Program-made: the position numbers and the translations under genes
NCBI GenBank assembly: GCA_024655885.1
Contig: JANLFN010000003.1
Span: forward strand, 158,792-222,791
Reading direction: 5' to 3'
DNA: 64,000 nucleotides
DNA from: Eubacteriales bacterium
Lineage (GTDB): Bacteria; Bacillota; Clostridia; Acetivibrionales; JANLFN01
Notes under the pieces: model-generated
What the model was told of the DNA's origin: nothing
Database searches by the model: none
What the model saw: only the letters and a program-made list of their open reading frames with translations
In this document: positions 42,590 to 52,986 of the stretch, piece by piece
Numbering within the stretch: the first letter of the stretch is position 1
Layout: each line of letters opens with the position of its first letter

Positions 42590-44815
42590 TTACAGTCGCT
42601 CCGGGAGCCCGGCTGTAATCCTTTTGAGCTTATCGGCCAGCCCGGAATATCTCAGGGTTTCCCTCTCGTTGCTTATCATTTCGGCTAAAACATTTTCACT
42701 GCCCACCAGCACCACCAGGTCCCTTGCCCTTGTTACGGCCGTATAGAGCAGGTTCCGGGTCATGAGGATCCGGGGGCCGGGGAATATGGGAAGAACGGCT
42801 ACAGGGAACTCACTCCCCTGGCTTTTGTGCACGGTGATGGCAAAAGCCGGCTCTATTTCATCCAGGATGCTGTAGTCATACCGCACCACCCTGTCGTCTT
42901 CAAAAAGGACTTCTACCCTTTGCTCTTCATCGTCAATTTTGCGGATGATGCCCGTATCCCCGTTAAAAACACCCATTCCCTCACCCCTTTTACTTCCCGT
43001 TTTTTCCCACTTGAGGTTATAGTTGTTCTTGACCTGCATTACACGGTCCCCCTCCCGAAAGGTAAACCCATGAAAGACCCGCTCGCATTTCCCCTCTTGC
43101 CGGGGATTCAACACTTTTTGGAGTTCCGCATTCAGGTTCAACACGCCCGCCGTGCCTTTCCTTGCCGGTGTAAGCACCTGGATGTGCTTTATGGGGTCAT
43201 AGCCGTATGTGGCGGGCAGTCTCCTGCAGCACAATTCCACCACGGTCTTTACTATATCCTCTCCACTCCGGCGGGGCACAAGGAAAAAATCCTTGTCTTT
43301 CCTGTTCAGCACCGGGTATTCGCCCCTGTTGATCCTGTGGGCATTCAGGATGATCATGCTCTCTTCCTCCTGCCGGAATACCTCGGTAAGCCTTACGGTT
43401 TTTACGGCCCCGCTCTTTATGATATCCTTAAGCACATTTCCCGGCCCTACCGACGGCAGCTGGTCGGTGTCCCCCACCAGCACAAGCCTGGTCCCCGGGG
43501 CTATTGCCTTCAGCAGGTGGTTCATCAGCAGCACGTCCACCATGGACATTTCATCGATAATGACCACATCCGCGTCAATAGGACTGGATTCGGACCGGGA
43601 GAACACAAGCTGGTCGTCCTGGCCCGCAAAGCCTATTTCCAGCAGCCTGTGGATTGTTTTAGCCTCATAGCCGGTGGCTTCGGTCATTCTTTTCGCAGCC
43701 CTCCCCGTGGGCGCGGCAAGAGCAACCTCACAGCCCTCCCTGTGCAAAAGCATAATGATGCTTTTGATAATGGTGGTCTTTCCGGTGCCGGGTCCTCCCG
43801 TAATAACCGTTACGCCGTTTACCAGCGCTTCCCTGACAGCCGTTTTTTGATCCGGGGCCAGTACAATTCCCGCCTCTCTCTGTACTTCATCCAGCCTGTC
43901 GGGCAAAGCACTCTCCTCCTCTTCAATCCTCATAGCCGACAGTTCCGCAAGCTTGCTGCACACCCCCACCTCCGCATGATAAAAGGCGCTGAGGTATACC
44001 GCATTAAAATCCTCCCTCTTTTCCACATAAACAGCCTTGTCCAGCATGAGGGACACAAGCGCATCGGTTATATCGCGGACATCCACCTCCAGCAGTTCGG
44101 AGGTATACTTCTTCAGCTGTTCATCAGGGATAAAGGTATGCCCGTTCGCAGCCGCCTGTGAAAGCACGTACCGTATACCGCTGGAAATCCTGTATTTTGA
44201 CATGGGGTCTATGCCCATTGCCCTGGCAATCCTGTCCGCCGTTTTGAAGCCGATCCCGAAAATCTCGTCGGACAGCCGGTAAGGGTTGGCTTTGATCTCC
44301 TGAATGGTGTTTTCTCCGAAAGCCTTGTATATCTTCATGGAGTAGGTGGGGCTGATGCCGTATTCCTGGAAAAACAGGATGACGGTTCTCAGTCCGCTCT
44401 GTTCCGCATAAGCCTGTCCGATTTTAAAGGCCTTGTCCAGGCTTATCCCTTTGACCTCCGCCAGCATTTCGGGCTTGAACTGCATGATGTTCAGGGTATC
44501 CGGGCCGAACCTGGCTACAATCTTGGCGGCCGTCGCAGGTCCTATTCCTTTTATGACCCCTGAGGAAAGGTATTTTTCTATGGCGTCGGCAGTCTGGGGA
44601 AGGGCTTTCTCATAGTTCTCCACCTTCAGCTGCTGTCCGTAGTCAGGATGGTCCACCCATTTTCCCGTCACCTTTAAAACTTCCCCCACACATATAAAGG
44701 GCATATAGCCTACGGCGGTAACCGCATTTCCTTCGCACCGGATCTCGCAAACCGTATACCCGTTTACTTCATTGCAGAAAATGATTTCCTCCACTGTACC
44801 TTCCAGTGTAACCAA
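42590..44815 (-). CDS. recD2: RecD2-type (YrrC-like) ATP-dependent 5'-3' DNA helicase.
   Basis: N-terminal OB/HhH region. Walker A ITGGPGTGKTT. VIIDEMSMVD, LVLVGDTDQLPSVGPG, and C-terminal AITVHKSQGSEF...YTAVTRAR. The start is uncertain (TTG 44815 preferred; GTG 44824 or 44854 are possible). Confidence 0.9.
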   Translation of the reverse strand: MVTLEGTVEEIIFCNEVNGYTVCEIRCEGNAVTAVGYMPFICVGEVLKVTGKWVDHPDYGQQLKVENYEKALPQTADAIEKYLSSGVIKGIGPATAAKIVARFGPDTLNIMQFKPEMLAEVKGISLDKAFKIGQAYAEQSGLRTVILFFQEYGISPTYSMKIYKAFGENTIQEIKANPYRLSDEIFGIGFKTADRIARAMGIDPMSKYRISSGIRYVLSQAAANGHTFIPDEQLKKYTSELLEVDVRDITDALVSLMLDKAVYVEKREDFNAVYLSAFYHAEVGVCSKLAELSAMRIEEEESALPDRLDEVQREAGIVLAPDQKTAVREALVNGVTVITGGPGTGKTTIIKSIIMLLHREGCEVALAAPTGRAAKRMTEATGYEAKTIHRLLEIGFAGQDDQLVFSRSESSPIDADVVIIDEMSMVDVLLMNHLLKAIAPGTRLVLVGDTDQLPSVGPGNVLKDIIKSGAVKTVRLTEVFRQEEESMIILNAHRINRGEYPVLNRKDKDFFLVPRRSGEDIVKTVVELCCRRLPATYGYDPIKHIQVLTPARKGTAGVLNLNAELQKVLNPRQEGKCERVFHGFTFREGDRVMQVKNNYNLKWEKTGSKRGEGMGVFNGDTGIIRKIDDEEQRVEVLFEDDRVVRYDYSILDEIEPAFAITVHKSQGSEFPVAVLPIFPGPRILMTRNLLYTAVTRARDLVVLVGSENVLAEMISNERETLRYSGLADKLKRITAGLPERL

Positions 44816-45050
44816 TAAATTCACCCTTTTCGTAAAGTGTGCCTCAAGCCCCACGCTGAGAGGCTGAGTGAAGCCGGTGCCTCGCTGAGGGCTGAGAATA
44901 AAGTAAGCACAGCATTAACCTCAGCTTCTCAGCTCTCCGCTGGATTACCATCGCAGCTTTTCCTCCTCAGCACATGATGCGCCGCTGCGCATTATACAAT
45001 GACCCTACATAAAGTATATAGTAACTGGCGTCCCAAATCAATTTCTTAAA

Positions 45051-45076
45051 TGAAAATAGGCAGGTACCCCGCCTGC
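45051..45076 (-). terminator. Intrinsic terminator after the 125-aa gene.
   Basis: Minus strand GGCAGG-cggggta-CCTGCC followed by TATTTTC. Confidence 0.55.
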
Positions 45077-45103
45077 CCGATATTGTTTGCGCCCAGTGGA
45101 TTT

Positions 45104-45481
45104 CTACACCGTTTCAAAACCGTTAAAAACCCTTTCCTTTTCCTCCTGCTTTATGATATCTATGTACTCATATTCCTTCTTCAATGTGGACAATATCTTC
45201 AGAGTTTCATCCGTAGACCCCATATCCAGTACCGTAAGCGTGTTGTCAGGCACGAGCCGGTGCAGCAAATCACTTTTGAATATGCTTCTTACCATTCCTT
45301 CAACCGTTTCCTGCTGGTTTTTAACCGCCAGCACCAGCTTCACATTTCCGTTTTCCGGCTTGGACCTCCGGTAGATGGAGCTGAATACGCTGATAATCAA
45401 GGTCAGCGCCCCATAGACCGCCAGAAGGTAAATAAAAACCTCATAGATTATGTCCGGCATAAGCATACACCACACTTTCAA
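45104..45481 (-). CDS. Small membrane protein, unknown function (one N-terminal TM helix plus a short GT2-N-terminus-like segment).
   Basis: 125 aa. IIYEVFIYLLAVYGALTLIISVF is a TM helix. LVLAVKNQQETVEGMVRSI...VLDMGSTDETLKIL resembles the start of family-2 glycosyltransferases, but the protein is too short to be one. The start codon is uncertain. Confidence 0.45.
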   Translation of the reverse strand: MKVWCMLMPDIIYEVFIYLLAVYGALTLIISVFSSIYRRSKPENGNVKLVLAVKNQQETVEGMVRSIFKSDLLHRLVPDNTLTVLDMGSTDETLKILSTLKKEYEYIDIIKQEEKERVFNGFETV

Positions 45482-45541
45482 GTAATACAGGTTATCCTTG
45501 CCTCCTATTCCATACTATGAGGCGGCGGCCCTATCTGTTAC

Positions 45542-45569
45542 AAAAAGAAAAAAGGCAGGTCCCCCTGCC
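45542..45569 (-). terminator. Intrinsic terminator of metK.
   Basis: Minus strand GGCAGG-ggga-CCTGCC followed by TTTTTTCTTTTT. Confidence 0.75.
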
Positions 45570-45587
45570 GGTTTTCCTTATTTCAAG

Positions 45588-46781
45588 CTATATCTCCTGG
45601 GCTTCTTTCTTAAGGATTTCCGCCTTGTCCGTCTTTTCCCACGTGGCGTCCAGGTCTGTCCTGCCGAAATGGCCATAGGCCGCAGTCTTCTTGTAGATAG
45701 GCCTTCTCAGGTCCAGGGTTTTGATGATTCCCGCCGGTCTCAAGTCAAAATGCTTTTGTATGAGTTTGACAATTTTGTCTTCGGGAATCAGCCCTGTGCC
45801 GAAAGTGTCCACCAGAATAGACACGGGCCTTGCAACGCCGATGGCATAGGCCAGCTGTACCTCACACTTCTTTGCCAGCCCTGCCGCAACGATATTTTTC
45901 GCCACATACCTGGCGGCATATGCTGCGGAACGGTCTACCTTGGTGGGGTCCTTGCCCGAAAAAGCGCCGCCCCCATGTCTTGCGTAGCCGCCATAGGTGT
46001 CCACAATAATTTTTCTGCCTGTAAGGCCTGAATCCCCCTGAGGACCGCCGATGACAAACCTTCCGGTAGGATTGACCAGGAACCTGGTCTTTTCATCCAG
46101 CAGATTTGCGGGAATGGTCGGCTTAATCACATACTCGATAATATCCCTCTCAATGATGTCATGACTCATTTCAGGACCATGCTGGGTTGAAATGACCACA
46201 GTGTCCACCCGTACCGGCCTATCCCCCTCATATTCCACAGTCACCTGGGTCTTGCCGTCCGGCCTCAAATAACTAAGAGTGCCGTTCTTTCTCACCTCGC
46301 TCAAACGTTTTGCAAGCTTATGGGCCAGGGATATGGGCATGGGCATGAGTTCAGGAGTTTCATCGCAGGCAAAGCCGAACATCATCCCCTGGTCTCCGGC
46401 ACCGATGGCTTCTATCTGGGCATCGGTCATTTCCCCTGTCTTTGCCTCAAGGGCTTTATCCACCCCCATGGCTATATCCTGAGACTGCTCGTCTATTGAA
46501 GTGATGACGGCGCAGGTATCACAGTCAAAACCGTACTTCGCCCTGTCGTATCCTATTTCTCTTATGGTCTCCCTGACCACTTTGGGAATATCGATATAGC
46601 AGCTGGTGGTAATCTCTCCCATTACGAGTACAAGTCCCGTAGTAACGGCAGTTTCACATGCCACTCGTGCCATTGGGTCATTTGTGAAGATTTCATCTAA
46701 TATAGCATCGGAGATCTGGTCACAAATTTTATCAGGATGGCCCTCTGTAACTGATTCTGAAGTAAATAATTTTCTTGCCAT
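45588..46781 (-). CDS. metK: S-adenosylmethionine synthetase.
   Basis: [25 protein letters not shown]..., [31 protein letters not shown]. The start is at ATG 46781; the track ORF extends into the riboswitch. Confidence 0.95.
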   Translation of the reverse strand: MARKLFTSESVTEGHPDKICDQISDAILDEIFTNDPMARVACETAVTTGLVLVMGEITTSCYIDIPKVVRETIREIGYDRAKYGFDCDTCAVITSIDEQSQDIAMGVDKALEAKTGEMTDAQIEAIGAGDQGMMFGFACDETPELMPMPISLAHKLAKRLSEVRKNGTLSYLRPDGKTQVTVEYEGDRPVRVDTVVISTQHGPEMSHDIIERDIIEYVIKPTIPANLLDEKTRFLVNPTGRFVIGGPQGDSGLTGRKIIVDTYGGYARHGGGAFSGKDPTKVDRSAAYAARYVAKNIVAAGLAKKCEVQLAYAIGVARPVSILVDTFGTGLIPEDKIVKLIQKHFDLRPAGIIKTLDLRRPIYKKTAAYGHFGRTDLDATWEKTDKAEILKKEAQEI

Positions 46782-46832
46782 TATTTTTTCTCTCCTTTTC
46801 TTGTATATATGCGGCCGGCACGTTTTTTGCAT

Positions 46833-46972
46833 AAAAAAACCTCTTGAAGAAGAGGTCCAATATTCTTTCCTCATCTTCCAGGACGTTATATCCTGCAGGA
46901 ATTGGCACCGATGCATCCATGCCGGTTGCCGGGTTTCATTGGGCTCAGTCCCTCCACCTCTCTTGATAAGGC
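46833..46972 (-). promoter_or_regulatory. SAM-I (S-box) riboswitch with terminator, upstream of metK.
   Basis: Minus strand CTTATCAAGAGAGGTGGAGGGACTGAGCCCAATGAAACCCGGCAACC...GGTGCCAATTCCTGCAGG...GAAGATGAGG. It is followed by the hairpin GGACCTCTTCTTCAAGAGGT plus TTTTTT. Confidence 0.9.
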
Positions 46973-47056
46973 TTTTCCAGTATTATTTTTACATATTATA
47001 CTGTAACATATACATTTCCATTAAGTCAAGCAAATTTTAAAACATCCCAGTCCTCA

Positions 47057-48877
47057 TTACGCGCTTGCGAAAAGTTCTTCAAACTCCGCTCCCTCCAATT
47101 TTTCCTTCTCCAGCAAGGCAGCTGCAATCTTATGGAGCTTATCTATATTTTCTTTGAGCATCGAAATAATTCTTCCGTAAGAGCTGTCTATAATTTTCTT
47201 GACTTCCTTGTCGATTTCGGCTGCGATCTCCTCGCTGTAGTTCCTCGTATGGCCAAAGTCACGGCCTAAGAACACCTCGTCATTTTCATTCCCGAAAATC
47301 AGGTTTTCAAGGTTGTCGCTCATACCATACTTGGTTATCATGTTCCTTGCAACCCCGTTGGCCTGCTTGAGGTCATTGTAAGCACCGGTGCTTATCTCCC
47401 CAAGCACCAGCTCCTCCGCAGCCCTGCCTCCGAGCGCAATTGCAATGGACTCCAGCAGTTGCTTTTTAGTGTGATAGCTCTTGTCTTCCTCCGGCCTGAA
47501 GGAAGTAAAGCCTCCGGCCATTCCGGAAGGAATTATGGAAATTCTGTCTACCTTATCTGTTGAAGACACCAGTTTTACCGCTATGGCATGGCCTGCTTCA
47601 TGGTAGGCCGTAAGCCTCTTTTCATTTTCGCTCATTACCCTGCTTTTCTTTTCAGGTCCCATAATGACCTTGAAGGTGGCCTCTTTTATTTCCTCCATAG
47701 TAATTTTCTTTTTGTCTTTTCTGGCAGATAAAAGAGCCGCTTCATTCAACAAATTTTCAAGGTCGGCACCCGTAAAGCCCGAAGTATTCTTCGCCAGTTC
47801 GTCCAGCTTTACGTCCGAACCCAACGGTTTTCCCCTGGCATGGACCTTCAGGATCTGTTCCCTTCCCTTGATGTCGGGCAGTCCCACCACAACCCGCCTG
47901 TCGAACCTCCCCGGCCTCAGCAGCGCCGGGTCAAGTATATCGGGCCTGTTGGTGGCGGCAAGGATAATGACTCCTTCATTCACCCCGAAGCCGTCCATTT
48001 CAACCAGCAGCTGGTTCAAGGTCTGCTCACGCTCATCATGGCCGCCTCCCAGTCCCGCACCTCTGTGCCTTCCCACCGCATCGATTTCATCTATAAATAC
48101 GATGCAGGGAGAGTTCTTTTTTGCCTGATCAAACAAGTCCCTTACCCTGGATGCGCCTACTCCCACAAACATCTCTACAAAGTCGGATCCGCTTATGCTG
48201 AAAAAAGGCACCCCTGCTTCACCGGAAACAGCTTTGGCCAGCAAGGTTTTTCCCGTACCGGGAGGTCCCACCAGCAAAACCCCTTTGGGTATTCTTGCAC
48301 CTAACTCAACAAATTTCTTGGGCGACTTCAGAAATTCCACGATTTCTTTCAGCTCTTCCTTTTCCTCGTCCGCACCGGCCACATCTTCAAAGGTCACTTT
48401 CTTCTTATCGTCGGTGCTCATCTTGGCCCTGCTTTTGCCGAAGGACATGACCCTGTTTCCTCCGCCGCCCTGGGACTGCTGCAGGAAAAATATCCAGAAC
48501 AGGACGAATATGACAATCAAGCCCAGAGTGGGAAGTATTGCAACCCACCACGGTGCCGACGGCGGGGGCTGGTTCTTAAAGGACTTGATCTGGCCGCTCT
48601 TAATGGCAGCGTTAACCTCTGTCATGAATGAAGTAATATCCTGGGATATATAAGCGGTGTACCTGTCGGTCTTTGTATTGGGCAGCGGTTTTACAAGGAC
48701 TACGGTGGCTTTATTATTCTCCAGGACAATGGATTCCACGTTGTTGTTCTCTATGTTTATGAGCAAATCGGAATAGCTCATTTCAACAGGGTTATCGGTA
48801 TTTTGAATAAAGGTCAATATAGCCAGGATTACAACAAACAGAACTATATAGAAACTTATCCCTTTAAAATATTTCAA
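47057..48877 (-). CDS. ftsH: ATP-dependent zinc metalloprotease FtsH.
   Basis: Two TM helices, Walker [24 protein letters not shown] region, and zinc motif HEAGHAI. Confidence 0.95.
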   Translation of the reverse strand: MKYFKGISFYIVLFVVILAILTFIQNTDNPVEMSYSDLLINIENNNVESIVLENNKATVVLVKPLPNTKTDRYTAYISQDITSFMTEVNAAIKSGQIKSFKNQPPPSAPWWVAILPTLGLIVIFVLFWIFFLQQSQGGGGNRVMSFGKSRAKMSTDDKKKVTFEDVAGADEEKEELKEIVEFLKSPKKFVELGARIPKGVLLVGPPGTGKTLLAKAVSGEAGVPFFSISGSDFVEMFVGVGASRVRDLFDQAKKNSPCIVFIDEIDAVGRHRGAGLGGGHDEREQTLNQLLVEMDGFGVNEGVIILAATNRPDILDPALLRPGRFDRRVVVGLPDIKGREQILKVHARGKPLGSDVKLDELAKNTSGFTGADLENLLNEAALLSARKDKKKITMEEIKEATFKVIMGPEKKSRVMSENEKRLTAYHEAGHAIAVKLVSSTDKVDRISIIPSGMAGGFTSFRPEEDKSYHTKKQLLESIAIALGGRAAEELVLGEISTGAYNDLKQANGVARNMITKYGMSDNLENLIFGNENDEVFLGRDFGHTRNYSEEIAAEIDKEVKKIIDSSYGRIISMLKENIDKLHKIAAALLEKEKLEGAEFEELFASA

Positions 48878-49165
48878 TTAGGTCCCTCCTTAGATTGAAC
48901 TCACACACAGTATTAAGTTTTCAGATTCCGGATAAACCATCACCTTATTGATGCGAATGATCGCATAACAAGAATATGCTCCCTGCCATTGGATTATCCC
49001 TTCCTCTGTTTTTATACGTTAAAGAAATTTCATCTAATCCGCCTTAACACTTTCTCCAAATTGTTAACATTATTATACAATACATAATATTAACATACCA
49101 TCCGCTAAAACACAATAACAGTATAAATCAGTTCTCCCTTTTTAAGGGATTTGTTTCCGGAAGAA

Positions 49166-49705
49166 TCAGTCCATATACACTTTGGGGCTTAATGTGCACA
49201 CATCCGGCAGGTTCCGGTATTTTCCCGCGTAGTCCAAACCGTATCCAACAACAAATTTGTCGGGAATGACCACCCCTTTGTACTCAATTTCTATATCAAC
49301 CTTGCGCCTTGACGGTTTGTCCAGCGCCGTGCAGATTTTTACACTCAAGGGTCCCCTGGTGTTGAAAAGCTCTTTCAGGTGTCTTAATGTGAGGCCTGTA
49401 TCCACAAGGTCTTCCACAATGAGAATATGCTTGTTGGCCACGTTAATATCGATATCCTTTATAATTCTGACTACACCGGACGTTTTGGTAGAATTGCCGT
49501 AGCTGGATACCGATATAAAGTCCATATCCACCGGAATAGTTATTTCCCTCATTAAATCCGCCAGGAAAACAAAACCGCCTTTTAAAACGCATACCAGTAT
49601 AAGGTCCTTGCCTTCATAGTCCCTGGAAATCTGCATTCCAAGCTCCTTCACCTTTTGCCGCATTGTTTCCCTGCTCACTAAAATTTCTTCAATATCCCCC
49701 TGCAT
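49166..49705 (-). CDS. hpt: Hypoxanthine phosphoribosyltransferase.
   Basis: PRPP-binding motif ILIVEDLVDTGLTL plus FVVGYGLDY. The start is placed at ATG 49705 (GGAGG SD). Sits in tilS-hpt-ftsH synteny. Confidence 0.9.
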   Translation of the reverse strand: MQGDIEEILVSRETMRQKVKELGMQISRDYEGKDLILVCVLKGGFVFLADLMREITIPVDMDFISVSSYGNSTKTSGVVRIIKDIDINVANKHILIVEDLVDTGLTLRHLKELFNTRGPLSVKICTALDKPSRRKVDIEIEYKGVVIPDKFVVGYGLDYAGKYRNLPDVCTLSPKVYMD

Positions 49706-49749
49706 CTCAAAAACCTCCAATATTTCCAAGTATTTTGCCGAAACCGTCG

Positions 49750-51174
49750 CTATGAGTGAATACAAAGTACGCCCTCTCTATAAACTAATTTTAACACCTT
49801 TTTAGTATTTTCAGTTACTTTAAATTTATCACTGGTCTTATAGCCTATAATCCAAACCACTTCATTATCTACGGCAATTAAAGGGATTTTATCCCTTAAA
49901 CTCCGTGGAACCTTACTGTCAATAAAAAACTTTTTCAATTTTTTTGTGCCGTTGGACCTGTAAGGTTTGAAGATGTCGCCATCTCTCCTGTTCCTAATAT
50001 TTATTCCCGATTTTAACATTTCGTAATCAAAAAACTGAATCATCGAATTCTGGGATGAACCTTGACCGCCGCCAAATTGTCCGCAGCTTTTTTCCACAAC
50101 CTCAGCTTCAAGAAGGCTTCCCAGGGCCTCTACCTCCGTACGCCCCGGAATGCTTATGTCTTTTTTAAAGCGGAGTTTCTCTCCCTCATTTTTTGAAATA
50201 TATATGCTTAAAGCCCCATAGGTTAAACTTGCGCGCAGGCTGCAGGGCAAGTGGACCTCCGCTCCCGTCCTGTTTTCCGATATGAGCTTTAGAATGCTGT
50301 CTATATGAACGTATTCAATCCCTTTCAAATTCCCCTTCAGGTTCTTGACAGCATATCTTAAAACCCTCCTTGTAATAGATGGGTGGTCCTTTTTTAACTT
50401 TTCCGGGTCCAGCAAAATCTCGTCCTTTTTACATTTCAGAATACATTGATTATACGACTTTATAGCAAAATCTTCAACAAAATCTATATCATCTCTCATT
50501 AAAAAGGATAACTTATAAATATTATCATTTATATTGACGTCAAACAACCCTTTTATGTAAGGAATCAGTTCTAAACGGACCTTATTCCTTGTATACAGAC
50601 TCTCCAGGTTGGAGCTGTCCGTTCTGGGTTCAAGAGAATGGTCGAAGCAATACTTCTCGATGTCGGCCCTTTCTGTGCCCAGCAGGGGCCTGATGATCCT
50701 TCCCCGCTTAAAATCCATGCCTGCAAGTCCGTCCGGACCGGTTCCGCGGATAATGCGCATAAGGACGGTTTCAACCTGGTCATTCTTATTATGGGCCACG
50801 GCGATTTTCGCCCCCCCCACTTCCTCCGCGCACCGGCTAAACTGGGCATACCGGGCCTCTCGGCCTGCTTCCTCCGGGGAGATTCCTTTCTCCCGGGACA
50901 TTCTCCGGATGTCGACGGATTTCACAAACAGCGGGACGCCTAATTTTTTGCACAGCTCAACCACATATTTCTCGTCGCCGTCCGACTCTTTTCCCCTGAG
51001 CATGTGGTTTATATGGACAGCAAAAAGTTCTATATTCAATTCATGGGCCAGCTCCTTCAGTATGTGCAGAAGGCATACCGAATCCGGCCCGCCTGAAATG
51101 CCTACAACAACACGTTCACCGTCTTCAATCAGCTTGTATTTTCGAATGGTTTCCAATACCTTTTTCTGAAGCAT
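49750..51174 (-). CDS. tilS: tRNA(Ile)-lysidine synthetase.
   Basis: PP-loop VVVGISGGPDSVCLL, AHNKNDQVETVLMR, and a C-terminal TilS domain. Confidence 0.9.
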   Translation of the reverse strand: MLQKKVLETIRKYKLIEDGERVVVGISGGPDSVCLLHILKELAHELNIELFAVHINHMLRGKESDGDEKYVVELCKKLGVPLFVKSVDIRRMSREKGISPEEAGREARYAQFSRCAEEVGGAKIAVAHNKNDQVETVLMRIIRGTGPDGLAGMDFKRGRIIRPLLGTERADIEKYCFDHSLEPRTDSSNLESLYTRNKVRLELIPYIKGLFDVNINDNIYKLSFLMRDDIDFVEDFAIKSYNQCILKCKKDEILLDPEKLKKDHPSITRRVLRYAVKNLKGNLKGIEYVHIDSILKLISENRTGAEVHLPCSLRASLTYGALSIYISKNEGEKLRFKKDISIPGRTEVEALGSLLEAEVVEKSCGQFGGGQGSSQNSMIQFFDYEMLKSGINIRNRRDGDIFKPYRSNGTKKLKKFFIDSKVPRSLRDKIPLIAVDNEVVWIIGYKTSDKFKVTENTKKVLKLVYREGVLCIHS

Positions 51175-51190
51175 ATTTTTTTATCCTAAT

Positions 51191-52522
51191 CTAATCCCTC
51201 TTCAGGTTGCCGAACTTGGTATACTCGCCGAACCACCTTAATTCAACGGTCCCTGTGGCACCGTTCCTGTGTTTTGCAATGATTACTTCCGCAATATTTT
51301 TTTTGTCGCTGTCCTCCTTGTAATAATCCTCGCGAAACAGGAACATGACAAGGTCCGCGTCCTGCTCAATGGCCCCTGATTCCCTCAAGTCGCTGAGTAT
51401 GGGCTTATGGTCTGTCCTTTGCTCGGGAGCACGGCTGAGCTGGGACAGGGTAATCACAGGTACATTGATCTCCTTGGCAAGAATTTTAAGGGAACGTGAA
51501 ATTTCCGATATTTCCTGTTGCCGGTTGTCTGCTCTTCCCCTTCCCTGCATGAGCTGCAGGTAGTCAATCACCACAAGTCCCAGGTTTTTTTCCAGTTTGA
51601 GCCTCCTGCACTTGGCCCGGATATCCATTACCGAAGACCCCGGCGTGTCATCTATATATATGGGAGCTTCAGACAGCGGGCCTGTAGCTCTCGCCAGTTT
51701 CTTCCAGTCCTCATCCTCCAGTTTTCCCGTCCTCATTTTCTGGCTGTCCACCATGGCTTCGCAGCACAGCATCCTGTTTACCAGCTGTTCCTTGGACATT
51801 TCCAGGCTGAAAATGGCCACAGGGATCTTTTTATAAATGGCCGCATATTGGGCCATGTTTAATGCAAAGGCTGTTTTCCCCATGGCAGGCCGGGCCGCAA
51901 CCAAAATCAGGTCCGAGTTCTGGAATCCCGCCGTCTTATGGTCAAGGTCCGTAAAGCCCGAAGGTACGCCCGTCACAAATCCGTGGCTGTTATAGAGCTC
52001 CTCCAGCCTGTTGTAAGTCTCCATGAGCACATCTTTTATATGGAAAAAGCTGTGCCTGTTTTTTTTCTGAATAATGTCAAAAATGCTCTGCTCCGCCCTG
52101 TCAAGGATAAAAGCCACTTCTTCCGAATCCTCGTAGCCCATGCTCACTATATCGGACGCAGCCTTAATCAGCTTCCTCAATAAGGATTTTTCCTCCACAA
52201 TTTTGGCATAGTGCTTGGCATTGGCCGTAGTAGGGACTGCCGTGGCGACGCTTGTCAAATAATCCAGCCCGCCCACACTGTCCAGGCTTCCCCTCAGCTT
52301 TAGCCGCTCCGATACCGTAACAAGGTCAATGGGCTCCGCTTTTTCAAACAGGTCTATGATGGCCTCAAATATTTCCTTGTGGTCCTCACGGTAAAAATCT
52401 TCACTTTTTAATATCTCGGTAATGACGGGAACAACCTCTTTATCCAGAAGCATCGATCCTATAACCGACTGCTCTGCCTCTACATTCTGGGGCGGTATTC
52501 TTCCCAGTGCGCCCATATCCAT
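51191..52522 (-). CDS. dnaB: Replicative DNA helicase (DnaB/DnaC type).
   Basis: PPQNVEAEQSVIGSML..., Walker A AARPAMGKTAF, VVIDYLQLM, SQLSRAPEQR, DADLVMFLFRE. Confidence 0.95.
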   Translation of the reverse strand: MDMGALGRIPPQNVEAEQSVIGSMLLDKEVVPVITEILKSEDFYREDHKEIFEAIIDLFEKAEPIDLVTVSERLKLRGSLDSVGGLDYLTSVATAVPTTANAKHYAKIVEEKSLLRKLIKAASDIVSMGYEDSEEVAFILDRAEQSIFDIIQKKNRHSFFHIKDVLMETYNRLEELYNSHGFVTGVPSGFTDLDHKTAGFQNSDLILVAARPAMGKTAFALNMAQYAAIYKKIPVAIFSLEMSKEQLVNRMLCCEAMVDSQKMRTGKLEDEDWKKLARATGPLSEAPIYIDDTPGSSVMDIRAKCRRLKLEKNLGLVVIDYLQLMQGRGRADNRQQEISEISRSLKILAKEINVPVITLSQLSRAPEQRTDHKPILSDLRESGAIEQDADLVMFLFREDYYKEDSDKKNIAEVIIAKHRNGATGTVELRWFGEYTKFGNLKRD

Positions 52523-52532
52523 AATCTACCCC

Positions 52533-52979
52533 TTACTCCTGTTCCACCTTGACCGTCAGCTTTGCGCTGACATCGGTATAAAGTTTGATCTCCACCTCTG
52601 TTGTGCCCAGAGACTTGATGGCGTCGGACATGTTGATCTTTTTCTTGTCGATATCCAGGTTAAAATCTTTTTTCAACCTGTCTGAAATATACTTGTTGGT
52701 AATGGAACCGAACAGCTTCCCGTTTTCTCCCGCCTTCGTCTTGATGACCAGCACCATGCCCTTGATTTTTTCAGCAAGGGCCCTGGCATTTGCCAGTTCT
52801 CTTTCTTTTTTGGTTTTCTCGGCCTCCTGCCTCGTTTTCATCACATGTATATTTGCGGAATTGGCTTCTACCGCCAGGCCTTTCGGGATTAAAAAATTCC
52901 TGGCATATCCGTCGCTTACCTCCACCATATTTTCTTTTTTGCCCAGGCCTTTCACATCTTCTTTTAAAATAACCTTCAT
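52533..52979 (-). CDS. rplI: 50S ribosomal protein L9.
   Basis: MKVILKEDVKGLGKKENMVEVSDGYARNFLIPKGLA. The start is placed at ATG 52979. Confidence 0.95.
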   Translation of the reverse strand: MKVILKEDVKGLGKKENMVEVSDGYARNFLIPKGLAVEANSANIHVMKTRQEAEKTKKERELANARALAEKIKGMVLVIKTKAGENGKLFGSITNKYISDRLKKDFNLDIDKKKINMSDAIKSLGTTEVEIKLYTDVSAKLTVKVEQE

Positions 52980-52986
52980 ATTTTCT

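Noticed and set aside
48878-49165. Search for tRNA, rRNA or other RNA genes in the AT-rich spacers (also 55400-55591 and 24680-24840).
   Set aside because: I could recognise no cloverleaf-compatible stems or conserved T-loop/anticodon-arm patterns. These are treated as ordinary promoter/terminator spacers.
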